Positions 1 through 12,660 of a stretch of 64,000 nucleotides of DNA are shown one piece after another. The stretch comes from Lingula anatina (Eukaryota > Animalia > Brachiopoda). The position numbers and the translations under genes are program-made. The stretch lies in NCBI GenBank assembly GCA_051362555.1, contig CM120645.1, forward strand, positions 4,898,001-4,962,000, given 5' to 3'. Positions within the stretch are counted from its first letter, which is position 1. Every line of letters begins with the position of its first letter. The notes beneath the pieces are model-generated. The model had not been told where the DNA came from. It searched no databases and was given only the letters and a program-made list of their open reading frames with translations.

Positions 1-2770
1 GATATTCAGCAAAGACTTTCTGTAGAAAGAGAGAAAAACCCAGAGAGAAATGAAAATAGGACTAATACAAAAGGGGCGCCAGAGTCCCCAAAACCCGTCA
101 TGACTGTGACAAAATTCCGCCCGTATAGGGAAGTGACAAAACCATACGAGTTGTCAGACTTTTACAAGTATAGTGAAAAGTTACGACGGCAGCGGAGTAA
201 CGAGAGCCCAGGATCACAGAGCAGTGGCACGCCACCACACTCGGGGCAAGAGCCACATAGTCCAAGGTCACCATATTTATCACAACGCACACCTCATCAC
301 CAGGGGGCAGCAGCTGCAGGAGGACAAGGGGCCACTTACTCTGAAGGAGGCTATGACAGGCCTCCCCTCAGTCCAGCATCTTACGAGACAGTACGTGAGC
401 GCGGGCTTGGCTCGTACACAGTACAGAGTCACCAAGCACCACGCTATCATACGCAAACTGCTGGTTACCATTCACAAAGTAGCTCTTCACGACAGGTGCA
501 ATATACAGCACCGCAGCCAATGAAATGCGAGCCTGTGTTATCACCACCACCAGATGGCAGCAACAGTAGTAGTAGTGGTGCTCGTAGGTCAGTACATTAC
601 CGCACAATTAAACCAAAGCTACAGTCTGAGGTTTAGATGTTTGTTTGTAGGTTGACTTCATAATTTATGGTCAGGGGTTTTGTAAATAATACTGGTCTGA
701 GATTTAGATAACATGAAATACTTAATATTATGATAAATCTCTGGTTTAAGTTTTCACAAATTCCCCCAGCTGGGTTCTCACTAGAGCAACAGACAATTGA
801 TTTCTTTTTACGGAATAAGATGTAATTTTTTTTTTCTGAAATAATTGTCTTAAGATAGCAAAGCTGCCAGAGTGAATCCAGTAAATATTTATAATTCCTC
901 ACATTGTGACCTGTACATATTGCTCAGTGATGCCATGTTCAGTGCTGCAGCACTTTGACCAGAAAATATTTAATTATTTTGTATGAAGTATATCCATTAG
1001 ATGTGTTACGTTATGAAACAATTGTCATGGAATTGGTTTGTTACTGTGTCAAGAACTAAGTGTATTTGGTTGAGGTTGAGTGCAATTGGGTCATCTTGGT
1101 TTGACAATCTTCGTCTTTTAAATGAATGTTCCCCGGAATGATTGTAATAATTTCATTTTTCTTGGTGTGATAAACAATTTTGATTGTTTTGTCCAAGTGA
1201 TCTATGTTGATGGTGCGATTCACAGATGAAAGTTTCCGTGCCTTTTTGACATTCATTTGTTCAATTAACAGGATGCACACATTCATTATCTTTAAATTTG
1301 TCTTCTTATTATTCTTGTTGGCACCAGGCTCTTCTTTTATCTGTTTATAAAGATACCTTTACAGATCTTTCCTTCTTGAAATAACGAGATCGGGTAATTC
1401 TCTTTATAATACATATGTCTTGTGGTCCAACAGTCTCACTCTTCTTTGCAAACTTATTTCAGAACTTAACTTTCAAGGATCTCTCTTATTTGAAAATGAC
1501 ACAGAGCTGTGTCCAAATCACAACCAAGAACGGCATGGAGCATTTTGATAGTGCTAGCATATTGTATAGACTGATTATCTTAGTCTAACTAGAAAACCAA
1601 CTGACATGTTTTAGGCGGTTGGCAGAATATTTAGTGGCATGTGAATTCGATGAAGAATAAACATGCAGACATGCACAATTTTTTCATGCATGGACCTCAG
1701 TTTTGTGTCAACTTGTTTTGTCATTAGGACCATTACATTCCTACAAAATTTCTTGATCCTAAGAACCTTTCAGTGTGGCCAACATATTCTGAGTGGAACT
1801 ATACCATGTGAAAATTAGGAAATTTATAACACTTTGAATACTTATTGGATCCATATTTCTTAGGCAGTTGTCTGTGCCACTCTCCTGTCTACTTTTGCCA
1901 TTCTCAGATTGTGAAAGGCTGTCTTTCATATACTTGACCATTTAAAACTAACTTACCTCCCACATTGAACAAAAGATAATTCCAAGACCATTTTGCCCGC
2001 TTACTTGCTTTGTGGAACCTTACTAGACAAGATGTCAGTGGACAATTTTGTAAAGAAATGTTATTCTTTCTTCAACTTATATATATATATTCTATGATAC
2101 AAGACTACTTCTCTGGAAGGGCTTATCTTGGCTGGTGTTTCTTCTCTGTATGTTGCTATATTTTTTTTATTACATAACCGGTATGCAAATGCACTATAAC
2201 CATAACCATGGCAACCAAAATAACCATGGTGAGCACTTGCTGCAGTATTTGTATGTTTTATAATAATCAGTATATTTATTCATTTATTATTTATACTCAA
2301 CACTGCTTCAAATTTGCCACAAACGGACTGATAGCTGGCGGTGTGTGTTGGTGATGTGGACTGGGGTTGTTAAATAATACTAAAAGGCATTTTTCACCAT
2401 ATCACTATCTAATATGGTTTACACAGCCTTCATTACAAAAAAACTTTTTTTTCAACTATTTTGGCAAATGTCCTGATCTTTGGAATATGATTATTGTCAT
2501 ATTTCAAGAGGAAAAGGGTCTGAGATTATTTGTTATAGGGACACACACCATCATGGAAATTGTCACCAAAATTTTCCCACTTTCATTCTTGGCATGTCTT
2601 ACAGGTTACATTCCGACTCCTCTGAATTGAACCCGCCTTCTAAACTCGTTAGCCGCGATGCTAGCTTCACTTTTGATGCTGGCGAGAGTTTAGCCGAGGC
2701 TTTTAGTGAAGAGATGCTTGCATGGTATGAGGATCAGGATAACACTATCAAACCTGCCACTATTGTATGA
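1..2770 (+). CDS. FRMD4: 3' part of a FERM-domain-containing protein 4 / CCDC120-like (cytohesin adaptor family) gene; exons <1-587 and 2605-2770
   Basis: Frame is open from base 1 and contains PYREVTKPYELSDFYKYS. Donor AG|GTCAGT after 587 (phase 2) joins acceptor TTACAG|G at 2605 in frame, giving ...AFSEEMLAWYEDQDNTIKPATIV*. Both motifs and the terminal xTxV match my recollection of invertebrate FRMD4 C-termini; the FERM and coiled-coil parts would lie outside the window. Confidence 0.6.
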
Positions 2771-5700
2771 CACATGCATAGATGGCGCTAGGTGAGAAGA
2801 CAAACTGGTGTAGAAGTGGGTCACATTTTTGGATAGAAAAAGTGTGAAACTATCTAGATATTGTGGAGTTGCAATCCTTGTTGTGTCTTACTAAACTAGT
2901 GCTGAGCACCCTGTGTGTAGAGGGAACTTCTTCACCATTTATGGCACTCACACAGTAGTTAACTAAGGGGTGTTGTGTTGGTTTGTCATGGTTTTGCTTA
3001 AAACGTATTCACTGCTGCTTTATTAACTGCTTTTTTATTGCCTCGCTTCGTTGAACCTTTGGTAATAAGAAGTAGGAATTATTGCAGAAATTGAAACTAA
3101 TCAATCAAACCAAAATGAAACTGATCAGTTTTTAGTAAAGATGGATTCGTGCCAATTGAGGTGTGTAAGTACACCAATAGATGACGCTGTGTGCATGTCA
3201 TCATTTGAACTTGAGATTAGACATTGGTTAGATTGATTGGTCAACTCTGCTCAGTTGGTGTCCATAAGGGAAACTGCATGTTAAAGTCTAGGTACTTGTT
3301 ACCTGGTGCACTAGTGAAAGGGTTTAAAACTAGTTTTCTACATTTTTCTTATACTTAAAATAACATTTGATATTTTATACTTGAAAATCACTAAACAAAA
3401 ACATCTGAATGTAAGAAAAGTTGAAATTTTGGCCTTATGAACCATTGCCTCCAAAAAAGGGAAATTTTAAAGGGAAATGGATCTTTCCTCATTAAAAAAT
3501 AAGCACAGTTCAGCAATTTGTATGCAAAATACTGACAAGTTTTATTTTCAAAATGTTCAGTTTAACAAGCGCAGTGTATTTTACCATTTCCCAATTTCCA
3601 TGAATTTGAATCATTTCCCGATTGAGAACACTAGTTTACCACATGGTAATTGACATAGCTACATTCATGCCAGTTAGCATGGGTAGATCGGGTAGGGAAT
3701 AAAACTAACACCAGACTTCAGCTGAGGCCAAAAGCTTCTTCGGAGGGCACCAAGCTGGTTTCTGGCTGGTAAGTACACAGTAAAAAATGAGAGGAATAGG
3801 CTGTAACATAAAAGTCCATGCAGATCCCTTCTCAAATAGATTATTAGAATCCATACAAAATGAGTGGCCAAGACACAGTTTGTTTCCCAGCATTTTTTTT
3901 TTTTTTTTTTTGGTATGTCCTATTTTTTGAAAGGTCATGACTTCAAATCTTCATACATGTAGCTCTTTTGGAATGAGATATTTTTGGGTTGAAAACATTG
4001 CTGCGTGGGTGCCAGTCTCATTTACAATAGAGATGAACAGATTTGAAAGTTGTGAACTTTCAAAAATGTGGACTGCCATGTTTATCCCCTTGTAAGCTTA
4101 GCTTCTGTTGCTTTCATGCTGCTTCCAGGCTCTCCACTGTACAGTTGTCCATTGTCTGTTCTGGTTTTGTGGTGTTTTGTCTAATAATGCTATATAGAAT
4201 TGGCCGCCATTCCAATGTCATCGTTAATCCTTTTCACACTGGTTTTTGCTGTTGTGATTTTGCACTGTAAAGCTATCTTATGTATCTGGCTCTTGGTTTA
4301 GAAAATCTAAGTATATAAGCCTAGACTATAGGTGGCAGGTCAGTCTCTGGACAGTTTTCAGCTTACACTATAGGTAGCAGCATAATACCCAAGTCATTTT
4401 GCTTACTATAAGAGGTGGTAGCTTAATCCAATATAGCAGAGTATTAATTAATCACATGTTCACTTTGTTTGGGAGAAGGTACTCATTTACACCTTTATTT
4501 CACATTTCTTTCGTTGTTTCATGCATTTTTGTTTATTCCCTCTATTTTTCTTCCATAAATGCCTTTGGAGAATTTATGTGTTGTCTATTTTTTTCTTTTT
4601 ATTGTGTTTTATTTTCATTTATTTTTTTGTTGTTATGCATATATTTCATCATTCATCCATGTATATGTTGTTATAAATGTTTGTGCTAAAGAACACAACT
4701 GCTCTGCAAATATCTGAAGAGAACATTTTGGAATCAATTTATATATATCAAGTGTTCATGAAATTTGTAGTAGTGAACTGTTTGTTGGTCATTCACATTA
4801 ACATCCTATACTTTTGGACCTTGTATTAATTCATGATACCATATGACGAGGATATATGCAAAAGAAAATTTTGATAAAAGAAAAAAGTTGTTTTAGCACA
4901 AATGTTTGTTATCCTACAGATTTGCTGGTAGTTAGCTGATTTTGTGTTTATGTTGCATTTTATATGACCAGGGATTTTTTTCCATAATTTGAAAATTTTA
5001 AAATGGCATTATTACGTACATATAAACATAGCAGCATTTTTTTTTTTCATAAATTGTGACTCTGTCCTGTGAATCACTTAGTTAAAGTTTCAGACATGAT
5101 ATGTTTTACATGGATATATAGTTACAAAAGTTGTCAGTGAGTTAGCTTGATAATACAATTTTAATTATTATTTTTTTTATAATATCACGTAATGATACAG
5201 GGTTAATGCATGAAAAGGAAAGATACACATATTGTTCCTGTGATTAAATTTATCTTTATTACTAATGGCTTCTGTTTAATCATTTTGGCAGTCAGTTTTG
5301 ACCACTGTTGAAAGGACCAAAAGGCATACTGAAGGAAATATAATCAAAAATGAAAACCGTGAAAAAAGCAATTTAACTCCTATCAATTGTCATTAAGTTT
5401 TAACCCTTTATCATGTGAATCTTCATCATACAGCATGGGATGAAGTTAATTTCTATATATTCTTTATACATTTCAGATGGTCACCTTAACCCTATAGCTG
5501 CCTCCTTAGGAATGCATAAATGACAAAACCAATTTGGGCTTGGTTCTCCTGTCAACTTGGCTTAGCTCCACCCACACCTGCTAAGCACCACCCATACAAA
5601 GATTAGCTCCACCCAAAAATATCTGCCATTACAAGGAATTGTGCTATTTTTTCACCTACCTAGCAGTTGCATGGATAAAGCATGGCAGGCAGGTTATGTG

Positions 5701-8700
5701 AAAGTATACAGCACTGATGGTTTTGCATGCAGGGGGAGTGTGTTTTTGGAAATGTGCCATCCGGAATTCCAGATAATGTTACTGAAGCATAAAAGTAATT
5801 TCTGCACCTGTAGATTTTTACTGTTCTGTGACTTAAACTTTAAAAGAGGGGTGAAATGAAATCAAACAAATTAAACAAGCATGAAATCTCTTAAGATTTC
5901 AACATGGTTCTTTCTTATGTATTCCATAAACGTAAAAAGATATGCCAAGACTTAAAATGCATTCTGCATTCAGGAATTCTCAAAATGATCAACTTTAAGG
6001 AAGTCGTGAATTTGCTACAGTTACTAATTTGCTAGTGTCACTTCAGTTCTTGTACAAACCAAATATGTCTTATGAAAGTGGGACCAACTTTCATTTTCAT
6101 TTGTGTTGTATAATTTTGAAAAAAAAAACATAAGATTGAATACCTTTGCAGGCAGTAGCGTTTAAGAGCGTCAGAGCTATTGGTATGCCCTCCATGTAGG
6201 CATACAGCGTTGTTAGGCTTGTGGCTGATGCTTGATGTAGACGAAAGGCAAACGAGACGACCTCTCACTTATTCAGGGTATATCGTGTTTTAAGTCATAA
6301 ATTGTACGACAAGAAACTGTTTTATTACGTATGGTTAATGAACCAACTGACACGGAAGTCCGAGTTGGTCTTTTAAGTTATTATTATAACGTTATTCTAA
6401 AGCAGTGAAGTTGTAACTATAGGTGAGTGATTGTAATTCATTGTTTTGTATATATGTGTATGTCAATTCATTTAGTTTACTGATAGCTTGTGTATATCAC
6501 TTTACCGTCACTATAATTTTATCATTTGTACTGTGTACCAGTGAAAAGTATGCTATTGCTGCAGTAAAGAATGATACAACCCTACCATTGTGTCTTTTGC
6601 TGTTTTTCAATTATTTTGAAAGGGGAACTGGTTGGGATTTTGAGCAAAGAATTCACTTTGGACTCGTCAAAAATGGTCTAGTTCTTACCGTAATTTCTTA
6701 CCGGTTACCAAACCCCACTAAACTCAACAGAATAAATTATACGTTTTCAAGAGAAATCTTTAATAAAAATCTACGCGGATTCTTTTATCTTATTCAATAT
6801 ACAATGAAATTTCAATATCGAGTTATAACTCGACTCTGAGGACAGTTTAATTTTAAAGCAAATTCGGTTAAATCAGTTGAATTTTCTCAGATTTCCAGCC
6901 TCACGAGAGAGGATGGCTTAAAAGTGAACATCTTTTCGAATAAAAAGCAAATATTAATAAAAATGCCAGTATGGCGGAGTCCACAGAGACAGCTGTTGGT
7001 ACTTTAGGTTTACTAATATCTCAGCGTTAACTATTTAATACCAGCTTTTCAAAGAATCTCTAATAGACGATCCTTTCGTGTGGAGCAGTAGGTAGAAATA
7101 CGTCTGTCGGCATAACTAACATTACAATTAACTTGATACAGAGTTTGAGGGTTGAAAAAGTGCGACTACGGAGACAGAATCCTGAATTATTATGATAATC
7201 AAACACCTACAAACACAAGATGTATCAAAATTAATTGGTCAGTGAAAGAATGTTCTGCCACAGTCGCGGTCAATATTTGGAACTCTGTTTTATCAGACCC
7301 ACATTCATCTCTGATCATTGCGTATCACGATAAGCAAATTCGTGTTTTGGTCTGGTTGTTGCTGTTCAGAAAGGTAAAGTTCAGTTTGTTAGTCTCTGTT
7401 TCGTAAGCAATATGATACATGTATGAAATATTCTTCGGACTTGGGGCATTTTTTAATTGGGATCGATTCACAACGTTTCAGTTTATGTTTGACAAATATA
7501 TGTGGGTCAGAAGCCCTTGTCTAGAATGTTTATTTTAAATGACGCAATAAATAGCTTGCGGCTACTTCGTGGTGTCGCCCGGCTTTTAAAAAGCAAAAAA
7601 GCCTTCGTGACGTCGTTTGTTGCAGGTCATAATTTTCATGTTTTTGCTATGTTTAATGCATAAATAAAATCTTCAGTTCAGTTACATCCTTGATAAGCAA
7701 GACGATTTGGTGACAGGGCACAGTCGAATGTTTAATTTTACACGAAATATGCTCAATTTAAACTGCATTCGCTTAAAAAGTAATTTGGAAATCTTCATTG
7801 CCAGGCATTGTCAGAAATATACTTGAAGTTACAAATTCTTTTATTGCACAGTAATGAAATTATAACTAACTGACTAGTAGGGCTACTTCCGTCCTCGTTA
7901 TACTGGTGTAACAGGAATGGAAGTCTGCTAGGAACCGTAGTCCGCTTCCCATTACTCTGTACAGGTGTCATTCGTCCCACGTACTTACCCCAATACCTCA
8001 ACTAATCCTACTCTGTACTTATCATATGGGAGCCCGGACTTCAGTTCCTAGGACTTCCATTAATTCCTGCCACACCGGCTGTCTCTGACGTCTGCGATGG
8101 ACCTACGACATTTGCAGCACATAAACATTGACCAATAAGAAGCTTAGCTTGCCTCATACACGCCCATCACATGACATGAACTAACTAATCATGTAGAGAT
8201 ACAAGAATGACGCGTCGTGCAATATACACAATGAAAACTAATCATAAACGCATGGCTCTAACGGCAACAATCGAACTGTTTCATTTGTTTGAATGAAAAA
8301 TCTGTAATAAAACCATAAAGCAGAAACTGTACGTAGATGTTCGCGCCGAGATTGCTCGGTTTTTCTTGAGATAGTCACCATTCGGCCTCCCCTGGAAGAC
8401 ACACAAAATAAATAAACAAACAAACAAACATACGAACAAACGGGACCAAAAACAACCTCCTTGTCAGCAGACAGAGGTGATAAGATACTGTCAATTATAT
8501 AACAATAATTTAGAATAATATTCGTTTAAAATTAACACACGCATTTCTTATTTTGGGCTTGTAATTGCTGCAATGGGTCTATGGGTGTTTTTAAGTGCGC
8601 AACTGCGTGGATTTTTTCCTGTATTATCTGCCACCGACTGCTGTGTGTTATCTTGCCTATTGTGGCGAAGAACCTTACCATGTAGAACTGACTCACGACA

Positions 8701-9492
8701 AACAGAAACGATAATGTGCCCATACCTCTTAAAGCTACAGTTTCTTGTTTCACAAAGAATATAAACACTTTATTGCTTCTTACTGAAAAAGCTTTTGAAA
8801 GTATTAATGACAGGAAAATAACGAAAATAAATTAAATCAAAGAAATGCAGACCTCTGCACGCTGAACAAAATAGAAAAAGGCATTTTTTCTATCTGTAAA
8901 GTTAACTTCATAATAAACGTTTCATTGACAAATGATGCAACTACAATACTCAAGAAGATTGTGCAGTTGTAAATGCAAATGGTTACTTACAGTTACTTAA
9001 AACAAAAACTACATTTACTTACAACTCTCATGTGTACCAACCTCTCATTATTAGAAATATTAGCAATGTGTTTTATTTTCATAGCAATTCTACAAACTAT
9101 TAATAATATTTTGATAACTTAAAAAGTGCAAATTTGTTTCTCAGTTAAGTGCATGCCAGCTCTTAGATTATAAACGAGACAGAATCCTTTCGTTTACTGC
9201 ATACTGCATTCGATCCTCCTTAGCAAAATTCCATGAAATTAACATACAGTTAGAAGATATTGTGTGAGACTTAATATTGGAGAAAACATATATTAGACCG
9301 AGCTTATTTTAAAATTATCACGCTTGCGTAAAAACGCACTAATAATCCCAAAACGGGTAAATTCGACACAACATCCAGTTGTGATTTTCTGGCTCGATAA
9401 GACTTTGCGTGGTTTTTAGCTTATGACGAGAAAGTGATGAAGTTTTTTACTCTTTGGTAGAAATTGACAGTTTCAAGCCAACCCCATCTTAA

Positions 9493-10094
9493 GGATATTG
9501 TAACCCTCTATTATCATCCAGATACCGAAAATGAGGTTTTTCTTGCATCTCATTATTCGATATGCATCTACAATGTACCTTTTTGCTGATTAAAAGAAAT
9601 GTTTAAAAAACTCGAAAATATAAAATAACGGCGTTTATATTTCACGTTGCAATGTAAAAGCATACCCAAGATTTTATCACTAAAATTGGCAGAGTTGACC
9701 ACGAGTGTTCATGTATAGACTAGTCGTAATTTTGGTTTAAATGTTTTTGTTAAGGAGTTATGGGCCCCTTATTACAGATTTTTATTAAACAAAGGCATTA
9801 TTTTGCTTTATTAACGATAAAATTTGAACTAAGACATAAGAAAAGTAAATCGCTGGCAGGGTTTTGGAGTACTAGATCGTATCATTAAATCGGTGTTGAA
9901 ACGGTGATCCTGGGTGCTCAGGTAAAAGAAAAAATTAAGAAACCGATTTTCAGTTTTTACCCCAAAATCCCAATTATGACGTCACACTCAACACTGAAGA
10001 TTTTTCTATTACCCCCCCCCCCCCCCCCCAAAAAAAAAAAAAAATGTATGTAAGGCAGTAAATAAGGAGTTTTGGGCAAAGGGTGACAATATCC
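9493..10094. mobile_element. ~600 bp non-autonomous DNA transposon (MITE) with TTAA target duplication, Kolobok-like GG...CC termini
   Basis: TTAA at 9489-9492 and 10095-10098; TIRs GGATATTGTAACCC / GGGTGACAATATCC. The paralogous flank of copy B has the empty site (single TTAA at 24285-24288; reverse complement CCATC-TTAA-ATGATAGCTCAG). Confidence 0.85.
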
Positions 10095-10169
10095 TTAAAT
10101 GATAGCTCAGATGGAAACTACTGCTGAATACAAATGATAACAACCAATTCTGCAAGGGGGGTTTAGTTT

Positions 10170-10480
10170 TAAGTTAATTTTCCTAGCTCTCACCACTTCT
10201 TATGCAACCAGATGCCAATAAAAATCAAGTAGACGAGACTAATTTGGCCACGATCATTTGGATCATGCTTTTCACTTGCACGACTTCAACAATTTAAACT
10301 CCTCGACGAAGAAACCCGATAATTGCGAAATGTTATGAAAGTTAATTTTCCAGTACTTAATGACTTCATATGACGCATTGGTCATTTTATAATTGAGCAT
10401 AATGAAACATTCAAACTTAACAAGAAGAATTAAAAAGAGTGGTTAAGGTTAGACATGTATGTCACATATTCTGAATTTTT
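10170..10480 (+). promoter_or_regulatory. Conserved upstream block of the receptor genes (putative promoter/enhancer)
   Basis: Non-coding block retained upstream of all four copies (also ~23940-24255, ~34555-34826, ~43865-44190). Contains CCAAT next to a TGCGTCA CRE/AP-1-like site (variant in B and D). Function is inferred; similarity may only reflect recent duplication. Confidence 0.35.
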
Positions 10481-10832
10481 GCAAAAAATTTAAATAAATA
10501 CGAATTAATACATAAATAAAATAATTTAACAAGGAAAAAATAAAACGAAAAAAGTATTTTTCATTCTTCTTAGGTGACTTCTAATCAATGGACCCTTCCA
10601 AAGAGCGTTTAGTCTTTATGGCTACAAAATAACAACCAAGTCAAATGACGTTAAGAGAAGCATTATAAGTAAACTAATAACAGTTATTATATATTGTTTG
10701 TTTCAACTCACGAGAGAGTTAACTATTTAAAGCATGCTGTTGCTTCCAATCATCACAAATTTGCTTCCTGTTCAAATCAGGAAAATTTATTGACAAGGCA
10801 TACTTTCGTTGATGGTAATTTGGCAATTCCCG

Positions 10833-12604
10833 ATGGGGAAATTCAGAGTGCTTGTTACAATTTTTCTCCTGGTAATGGTTTTCCTTTATCATTCAAAAAC
10901 TAACAAAGAGACGCCAAAAGGAAAATCGACAGTAAATCTGGAAGTGGCAAAAAAGGTAAATCCACCTTTCATGAAAGACAGGCGAGAGTATCTTGGAGGA
11001 AGAAGGAATGCAGACGCCAAACCTGAGGGGACCAAAACAAGAGCAATGGTAAGAAGACATACAAAAAGACACCCCATCCAAGGTTCAGATTTTTCTGAGC
11101 CCTGGATACCTGGTAGATTTCGGCGTCATTTATTGGTCGATGGCATGGCTGACTTTCCAGATGCCACTTTAAACACATCCGAAATTAATGATGCAGCACC
11201 TGCATTGAGCACGGTAGCTACCCTTGGGGCCAATACGAGTTTTGCTGAGATAACCAAGATCATCCAAATTCCAAAACCAAATGTTCAATTCTGTCTTGCT
11301 GAAAATTTTCTTACTGCAAGGTTTTTCCAAATACAATGTTTTTGTGACAAATACTGCCACATGTTTGATGATTGTTGTTGGCAAATGGAGCGGGACTGTG
11401 CTTCAAACCACACAGAGCAAACTATCAACCGAAATATTACCCTACCTCAAATGAAATGCCTGAAGGATCCACTGGCATATTCAGAGAACAACCCGGTCTA
11501 TTTTTGGTTTGTCTCGACATGCCCAGAAAGTTGGCAGGATGAAGGCATACGAATGAAGTGTGAAAGTAACAGTCCCAATATGACAGAACTCGCCTTACAT
11601 TATACCCCTGTGTACGACAAAGTGTCTGGACTCTCTTTCAAGAACATATTCTGTACACAGTGTCACAGTATCTCAGACATTGATCCCTGGAATGCCACCT
11701 TAGGCTGTTATCTCCAAGGCCCACAGAATTTCCAAAACATCTCATCTGTAGATGAAGCCATGCGAGAGGTTTTGAAGACCGGCTCAGATTGCTACATCAA
11801 CTATCTTTCTACAATAGATTCGGCAATGCGTCTGTGTGCGTCTGAAGAAAATATAGCAATGCTAGTGAAGTGCCCAAATGTAAAAGACTTTGACTTCATT
11901 TATTGGAAAGGTGTCAATACTGGTATATCATATGACGTACTGGTGAATTTGTGCTCTGAAGGACCAATTAATATTGTAAAATTGCAAGGGACACTCTTTA
12001 AGAATTTCTTCTGTTTTCTTTGTTGGGATGGTCCTTACTTTGACGGAACAGCTAGCTGTCAAAATAACAGTGAGTACAAAAATCTAAATATTGTTCTTCA
12101 TGTATTTAACAATTTTTCTGAAAAAGACAAATGAAAATAGTACCTCTTTTAGCAATCAGTTTAGCCTTAATTTTCCATCCGAGAGATTGAACTTTGAACT
12201 AATTTTTCCTTTTTTAAACATGTTCAAATATGCCCGTGCGCATTTTATCTATCAATTTGTTTTTAAATTCTTTTTTAATAATGAGGATGAAACTGTTCTC
12301 TCTCTCTCTCTCACACACACACGCGCGCGCGCGCACACACAAGCACATTATCTTCTGTATCTTAAACTGGAAACGGTTTTAAATGTGAGTTAACATTGGC
12401 ACATTTCCAATCATACATTACCAGGAGATCCTGGATATGGGTACAATCCCGCGGCATTCTCTTCACTTCTATCTGTTGGTTCAATATTGGCTAAAGAAAA
12501 CAACAGGTACCATTGCAGAGGTTCACAACACTCCCAGATCAGCTCCGACCCGGTATGTATATTATATAGGAGTCACGAGTTTGGTAATGAAATAACCACA
12601 TACG

Positions 12605-12660
<56 letters not shown>

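Noticed and set aside
2771-6840. Short ORFs (e.g. 4399-4689, 6423-6839)
   Set aside because: AT-rich, hydrophobic-biased chance ORFs, probably within a long 3'UTR; no splice or motif support.
7900-8180. Possible solo LTR (TG...CA)
   Set aside because: No matching target-site duplication and no second copy in the window.
12070-12134. Treating the ~440-aa and ~520-aa ORFs as separate two-gene modules (secreted ligand plus receptor)
   Set aside because: Conserved GTGAGT donors, a phase-compatible 128-nt exon and TTTCAG acceptors join them into one CDS in all four copies. A soluble intron-retained isoform is possible but unsupported, as the read-through tails differ.
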